Both the position numbers and the translations under genes were made by a program. A stretch of DNA of 13,670 bases from an uncultured archaeon (lineage in GTDB: Archaea; Asgardarchaeota; Lokiarchaeia; Sigyniarchaeales; SOKP01): positions 1-13,670 of the forward strand of contig CAZGJX010000104.1 of the NCBI GenBank assembly GCA_964525635.1, in the 5' to 3' direction. A model generated the notes under the pieces. That model was not told the origin of the DNA, searched no databases, and saw only the letters and a list, made by a program, of their open reading frames with translations. This document shows positions 8,338-13,670 of this stretch, piece by piece (position 1 is the stretch's first letter; each line of letters starts with the position of its first letter).

Positions 8338-8877
8338 ATGATAATACGCGAAGCTAGCATGTTAGATGCTGAAGGAATTGCTAAAGTTCAAGTAGAAACA
8401 TGGAAAACAGCTTATAAAAACATATTTCCTCAATCATTTTTAGAAGGATTATCTTATTGTGAAAAATCAATAGAACTTAGAAAATGGTTAGAAAATTTGG
8501 AAGAAACTACAAAAGTCTTTGTTTGTGAATCAGAATCAAATCAAATAATAGGATTTGCTGTTGGAGGATTGGAGAGAGAAAATCATCCAGAATACAAAGG
8601 AGAACTATGGGGGATATACATTCTCCAAAAATATCAAAGAAATGGAATAGGTACTGAACTAATTGAAAGAATTGTTCATTATTTCTTAGAAAATGAAATT
8701 ACTTCAATGCTTCTGTGGGTTTTGAAGGAAAATCCCTATCGATTTTTTTATCAACGTCTTGGAGGTAATATAATTAATGAAAAAGAAAAAAATTGGGGTC
8801 CATTTAGAAAAATTGTTGTCTCTTATGGATGGAAAAATATTGAAACAATTTTGAATAAATATGATCTAATTCAATAA
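8338..8877 (+). CDS. GNAT family N-acetyltransferase
   Basis: MIIREA...DAEGIAKVQVETWKTAY, IIGFA, acetyl-CoA motif YQRNGIGTEL and LWVLKENPYRFFYQRLGG. Confidence 0.9.
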   Translation: MIIREASMLDAEGIAKVQVETWKTAYKNIFPQSFLEGLSYCEKSIELRKWLENLEETTKVFVCESESNQIIGFAVGGLERENHPEYKGELWGIYILQKYQRNGIGTELIERIVHYFLENEITSMLLWVLKENPYRFFYQRLGGNIINEKEKNWGPFRKIVVSYGWKNIETILNKYDLIQ

Positions 8878-8978
8878 TATATTAATATGATAATTTTAAG
8901 ATAATTTTTTTTTTAATATCAAATTATCTAAAGAAAAGGTTAAAAAAAAAATTTTTTTTTTATAACAGGTTAACACTA

Positions 8979-11948
8979 ATGATTAAGAGGATTACGACAA
9001 GACAATCAAGTATAAATCCAAAAATAGTTGCAAAAGAACATTTTAAAGAATATATTGAAAATAGTGATGTTATTTGCTCTAGTTTTTTAGATAGTAAATT
9101 TGAAAACGTAATAGTTGTTGAAAATCTCCCTAAAAAAGTTCCTATCATAAATGAATTATATCGCTTTCCTGAAATTAGATATTTATTTGATTCTAATAAG
9201 TCATATTTAATCAAATATAAAGATGAAGGGAAAAATGTTTTCTTTTTTATAAAGCAGAATGGTAATATCAAAGAATCAGAATTAAAAAATGAACAAAAAG
9301 AGATATTATTATCTTTATATCAGAATGTGATTCATTGGGGAGGGGATCTAAATGAAAAAGGAGAACATATAATAGATCTTACATCACCTACACCCGGACC
9401 ACATTATAATATAAATTTATTGCTGGGAAATCGCATGAAATATCCTTATCCATTACAAAGTACACCAAAATCTGTTGTTGATCATTTGGGGAGGGGAAGT
9501 TTTCGTTCACATGCAGCATCCCAAGTATTAGCTACTCGATGGGATATGCTTCCTGAAGAAAATGGTTTCCCTGCAAATCGACAATTCTATTTATTAGAAA
9601 ATGAAGAAATTATCTTCTTTTCAGCTGATCCATTGAATAAAAACATTCTTGAAGCTAAATGCATTCATTCTATTAACCATACGAAAATATATTACAAAAC
9701 AAAATGTGGTTTGGAAATAGAACGTGTAATTTTCATTTTACCTCAAGAAGATAATCTCCCATTAGCTACAGAAGTTCAACAAATAAAGATTAAAAATAAC
9801 TCAGAAAATAAGAGAGATCTAAAAATAATTTATATTGGAATGTTTGGAACTGCTGCAATTCATGCGATATTTGAGGATGTTATTTATTCAAATGTAATTA
9901 TGCAATCTCAAATTCTTCAGCGTGAAGATGGAAGTATGTTGACTATAGGATGGGATTATCATCCAGAAGAATTTCGAGTTGATCATAGATTCCATTCAAT
10001 GATTTTACACCAAGGGAATGATAAGCTATATCCAAATGAATTTTGTTTTAATTATTCTGATTTTGTTGGAACGGGTAATTTAAATGTACCTCAGAATATC
10101 TTAAAATTAAATAACAAAATGCAACAAAAGGGACCAGGGTTCTTTGCTTTGGGAATAAACTTCTCACTTAATGAAAATGCAATTATATCAGTAGATAATT
10201 TAACTGGTATTAGCTCCAAAATTCTTAATAAGAATTATGATTATGAAAAAACATATAGAGAAGAGATTGTAAAGTTAGTTACAAGATTTAATGATCCTAA
10301 ATCTAGTGATAATATATTAAATGAAATTATATTATTTCAGGAAAAATACAATAATTATATTCAAATAGAATCAAATGATAAAGATTTTAAAACGTATTTT
10401 AATAGAAATCTACCTTTTCAAATACTTTATCAAACATTTCTTTCACGATCATTTTCTCAAACACAAAAAGCTTATCGTGAAATAGGTTTTAGAGAGATCC
10501 AGGATCTTTTTGCTTCGATGTATAATATTATTAGTATATCAAAAAAGGATTTGGTGAAAACATTGCTCAAAACATGGGCAAGTAATGTTTATGAATTTGG
10601 GTATGCTAATCACAATTTTTATTGGGTAGGAAAGGAACCTGGAAAATTTTCAGATGATGCTTTATGGTTTGTTCAAGCTTTAGATAGATATATTGGAGTA
10701 ACAAATGATTATTCTCTATTGACTGAGGAATGTGAAATAGCTGGGAGTGATCCTGTAAATGTTAGAACAATATTTGATACAATAGTGGCAATAATTAAAT
10801 ACTCCTCAAAGATTTCCATCGGAAAACATGGTTTACCATTAGTAGATCTTGCTGATTGGAATGATTGCCTAAAAGTTGATGAAGATGCTATTAATGGTCC
10901 AACCAAAGAAAAGCTTTATTATGAACAAATAGAAAAAAGTGGAAATCTTAATGAACCATTTATAAGTAATTATTCTGAAAGTGTTATGAATGCATTCCTT
11001 TTAAAAATAGCTCTGGATATTGCCTCTAAATTTGCTAATCATCTTGATAAAGAAAAGCAATCAGAACAATGGAAAAAATCCTCCGCAGATCTTACTGAAA
11101 GAATTCAAAAATATGCTTGGAAAGATGATTTTTTTGCTCGTGTCTTATTTAATAAATATCCTGACGGGAAATATACATATATTGGAGCAAAAGGAGATGG
11201 GTTATCCGCAGATCCTCACAAGGAAGGGTCTTACTTCTTAAATTCATTTAGTTGGTCTATTTTTGCCAATATTGCGACAGAACAGGAAATAAATACTATG
11301 TTAGATACAATTGAAAAAAATTTAACCACTCCCTTTGGTGTAAAGATAATTTCTCCAACTGCCCTTGAAAAAGTATCATCAAGCGCTGCATCGAGTCATT
11401 ATTTTCCAGGAGATCGAGAAAATGGTGGTATATTTAAGCATGCATGTATGTTTTTCGTTTCCGCTTTATTTAAAGCAGCAAAAGAAGTAGAAAGTAATGA
11501 ATTAGCACAAAAAATGACAAAAATTGCATATTGGATGATAGATTTAACACTCCCTTATAAAACAATAGAAAATCCATATGTATTAAGGGGAAATCCTCGT
11601 ATATGTACTCAATACATTAATAGTGAAACAGGTGAAAATGTAGGGCCTTTATTAAGTGGTACTGCTACATGGCTTTATTTATCTCTTATTTCAGCTCTAG
11701 GCATTGAATATTCTGAGAAAAAAATAATAATCAATCCGATAATAAGAGAAGAAGAAAGTGAACTTGTATATAGAGTAAATACAGGTAGGTGTACTTATTC
11801 AGTTAAAATTATTAAACCTATAGGATTTTTCAGAATTAAAAATTCAAAAGTTAAAATATTTTTTGATGATAAAGAGACCAGTGACTTTAAATTCCCTTTA
11901 CTTGATGATGGAGGAAATCATAGTATCAAGATTATTTTTAATAACTAA
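8979..11948 (+). CDS. cdp: GH94 glycoside phosphorylase, cellodextrin phosphorylase-like
   Basis: 989 aa. By recall it closely resembles Clostridium (Acetivibrio) thermocellum cellodextrin phosphorylase over its whole length, including the N-terminal extra domain: GRGSFRSHAA.QVLATR, EENGFPANRQFY, REIGFREIQDLFASMY, catalytic LADWNDCLK (Asp 10863-10865), GDRENG..FKHA, GPLLSGTATW. Confidence 0.9.
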   Translation: MIKRITTRQSSINPKIVAKEHFKEYIENSDVICSSFLDSKFENVIVVENLPKKVPIINELYRFPEIRYLFDSNKSYLIKYKDEGKNVFFFIKQNGNIKESELKNEQKEILLSLYQNVIHWGGDLNEKGEHIIDLTSPTPGPHYNINLLLGNRMKYPYPLQSTPKSVVDHLGRGSFRSHAASQVLATRWDMLPEENGFPANRQFYLLENEEIIFFSADPLNKNILEAKCIHSINHTKIYYKTKCGLEIERVIFILPQEDNLPLATEVQQIKIKNNSENKRDLKIIYIGMFGTAAIHAIFEDVIYSNVIMQSQILQREDGSMLTIGWDYHPEEFRVDHRFHSMILHQGNDKLYPNEFCFNYSDFVGTGNLNVPQNILKLNNKMQQKGPGFFALGINFSLNENAIISVDNLTGISSKILNKNYDYEKTYREEIVKLVTRFNDPKSSDNILNEIILFQEKYNNYIQIESNDKDFKTYFNRNLPFQILYQTFLSRSFSQTQKAYREIGFREIQDLFASMYNIISISKKDLVKTLLKTWASNVYEFGYANHNFYWVGKEPGKFSDDALWFVQALDRYIGVTNDYSLLTEECEIAGSDPVNVRTIFDTIVAIIKYSSKISIGKHGLPLVDLADWNDCLKVDEDAINGPTKEKLYYEQIEKSGNLNEPFISNYSESVMNAFLLKIALDIASKFANHLDKEKQSEQWKKSSADLTERIQKYAWKDDFFARVLFNKYPDGKYTYIGAKGDGLSADPHKEGSYFLNSFSWSIFANIATEQEINTMLDTIEKNLTTPFGVKIISPTALEKVSSSAASSHYFPGDRENGGIFKHACMFFVSALFKAAKEVESNELAQKMTKIAYWMIDLTLPYKTIENPYVLRGNPRICTQYINSETGENVGPLLSGTATWLYLSLISALGIEYSEKKIIINPIIREEESELVYRVNTGRCTYSVKIIKPIGFFRIKNSKVKIFFDDKETSDFKFPLLDDGGNHSIKIIFNN

Positions 11949-12031
11949 ACATATTAAAAGAAAAAATCTATTTCTCAATCCTTTTTTTTATTTCTAAATA
12001 AAATAAATATAATAAAGTATAATTAGATTAA

Positions 12032-12781
12032 TTATTGAGAAAATAATAGTCGATGAATCTCTCTCATCTTTTCAATATGTACTTGTCCTGGTGCTGTTGT
12101 TTCTTCAATAGATGCAAAGGTTAGAAAAGACCCTACATTAACACATAAAAAACGTGAAAGCATTCCAGATTCACCCATAGAAAAACTGATTATATTTTGG
12201 TCATCTTTGGATACCTTTTTAATTAAATTTAAGGGAACGAGATTATCTTCGAAATTATTAGCTGTAAAAATAAGTTTGATTATATTTCTTTTTACAATAT
12301 CAAAATTCATTGATAATTCATCCTTTATTTTATTTTTAAAATCGTTAATAATTTCTATTGCCTTATTAAGTGAAGGAGTTTTATCAAAATCATGATAAGA
12401 AAAAATCAACTTAACTTTTTTTTGGGTTGCTAAGGTAATTATATCCTTTAAAATATGTCCAACCGTAGACATTTCTATATCTAAATAGTCTGGTTGAGCA
12501 TTAATTAATTCTTTAATTAATTCTAATCTACTAATTTCATCTAGTTGAATTTTGCCTCCTTCAGTAACATCTCTTAAGGTAAAAATTGCTAATGCGTCTG
12601 GTTTTATTGTTGATAATAAACGTTCAGCAAAACCTTGAGAAATGTTTTGAATGTTATCTATATAATCAAATCTTAATTCGATTAAATCTGCATCTTTATT
12701 TAATGCTTTTTTTATAATTTTAACGATTTCTTCAATTACTCCTGATTTAACCTGTATAGCAACACAAATATTCAATTTCAT
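12032..12781 (-). CDS. aroD: Type I 3-dehydroquinate dehydratase
   Basis: ADLIELRFD, IFTLR...EGG, DYLDIE, IFSYHDF, Schiff-base Lys in IIKLIFTA, SMGESGMLSR and TAPGQ. Confidence 0.93.
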   Translation of the reverse strand: MKLNICVAIQVKSGVIEEIVKIIKKALNKDADLIELRFDYIDNIQNISQGFAERLLSTIKPDALAIFTLRDVTEGGKIQLDEISRLELIKELINAQPDYLDIEMSTVGHILKDIITLATQKKVKLIFSYHDFDKTPSLNKAIEIINDFKNKIKDELSMNFDIVKRNIIKLIFTANNFEDNLVPLNLIKKVSKDDQNIISFSMGESGMLSRFLCVNVGSFLTFASIEETTAPGQVHIEKMREIHRLLFSQ

Positions 12782-12865
12782 AAATCAATTTCAATATAAT
12801 GGAAAATACTAATTATATTTTTCCTTTTCTAAAAATTCTAATATTAGAATTAATTCATAAATATT

Positions 12866-13528
12866 ATGCTTCAAGCTAAACATATTATTTTATTAGGACC
12901 TCCTGCTGCTGGAAAGGGAACTTTTTCTTCTCAAATAAAAGAAGTAATTCCTGATATTGTTCATGTAAGTACAGGAGATATTTTCAGGTTAAATTTAAAT
13001 AATGGAACTCCTTTAGGTTTAAAAGCTAAAGAATTTATAGATAAAGGCGAATTAGTACCAGATGAAATTACTAATAATATGATAAAGAATAGATTAGATG
13101 AGTTAACACATCAGTCATGGATTTTAGATGGATATCCTCGAAATATTGAACAAACTAAATATCTCTCCAAAATCATAGAAGTAGATTTAGTACTTTTATT
13201 ATCTGTTGATGATGATATAATTAAAAAAAGAATCCTTGGTCGATTTACATGTTCTAGTTGTAAAAAAATTTACAATAAATATAATATACCTCCAAAAAAA
13301 CAAATCGAAGAAAATAAATGGATATGTGATGTATGTGGAGTTGAAATTGAATTTAAACAGAGAAGCGATGATACCGAAAATACTTTAAAAAAGCGTTTAG
13401 ATGTTTATAGAGAAAACATAGCCCCTATTATTGACTATTATAATGGAAAAGGAAAATTAAAAGAGATTAATGCTAAAAATACTTTAGAATATACTGATGA
13501 TAAAATTAAATTGATGTTAAAATTATAA
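12866..13528 (+). CDS. adk: Adenylate kinase (bacterial/long type with Cys4 zinc LID)
   Basis: P-loop GPPAAGKGT, HVSTGDIFR, GELVPDE, WILDGYPR, LID CSSC...CDVC and QRSDD. Divergent from aroD with an 84-bp gap. Confidence 0.95.
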   Translation: MLQAKHIILLGPPAAGKGTFSSQIKEVIPDIVHVSTGDIFRLNLNNGTPLGLKAKEFIDKGELVPDEITNNMIKNRLDELTHQSWILDGYPRNIEQTKYLSKIIEVDLVLLLSVDDDIIKKRILGRFTCSSCKKIYNKYNIPPKKQIEENKWICDVCGVEIEFKQRSDDTENTLKKRLDVYRENIAPIIDYYNGKGKLKEINAKNTLEYTDDKIKLMLKL

Positions 13529-13670
13529 TTTATTAAATATTTTTATATCGTAAAATATCAGAAAAATACAATTTATGATTTTAAGCATCATGGATAACTT
13601 ATTATTTGATATAATCAAATTTACTTAGTGTCCTATAATTGTTAAACATCCCCTCCTTTCCTGAAATAAA

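Noticed and set aside
588-12395. Short alternative ORFs 588..821, 2768..3127, 3830..4033, 7078..7341, 8960..9271, 10709..10906, 11020..11241, 12207..12395
   Set aside because: All overlap well-supported genes in other frames or strands and show no recognisable motifs.
13602-13670. Possible 3' end of a minus-strand gene or small ORF (AGGAGGGG-ATG; FISGKEGMFNNYRTLSKFDYIK*)
   Set aside because: Truncated by the window edge; all three frames are briefly open and none is recognisable.

Overview
AT-rich archaeal chromosomal segment, most likely Asgard/Lokiarchaeia. This is inferred from a Loki-CTERM-like anchor, Asgard-type Ig/cadherin-like repeats, an archaeal-type thioredoxin N-terminus and a COG3355-like HTH regulator. 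Nine genes are present: a SIR2-like/TPR protein, a COG1233 phytoene-dehydrogenase-like oxidoreductase, thioredoxin, an HTH regulator, a secreted membrane-anchored divergent GH10 hydrolase, a GNAT acetyltransferase, a GH94 cellodextrin phosphorylase, aroD and adk. The main hidden signal is that two large, otherwise intact genes each carry one in-frame stop codon near the 5' end, which the ORF track misses. The SIR2 frame begins at ATG 83 and has TGA at 230-232, in a position where the family usually has Trp. The GH10 frame begins at ~5656 and has TAG at 5863-5865 inside the catalytic domain. Both stops are one A->G away from TGG. Possible explanations are recoding (Sec, Pyl, readthrough or A-to-I editing), recent nonsense mutation, or sequence error; this window cannot separate them.
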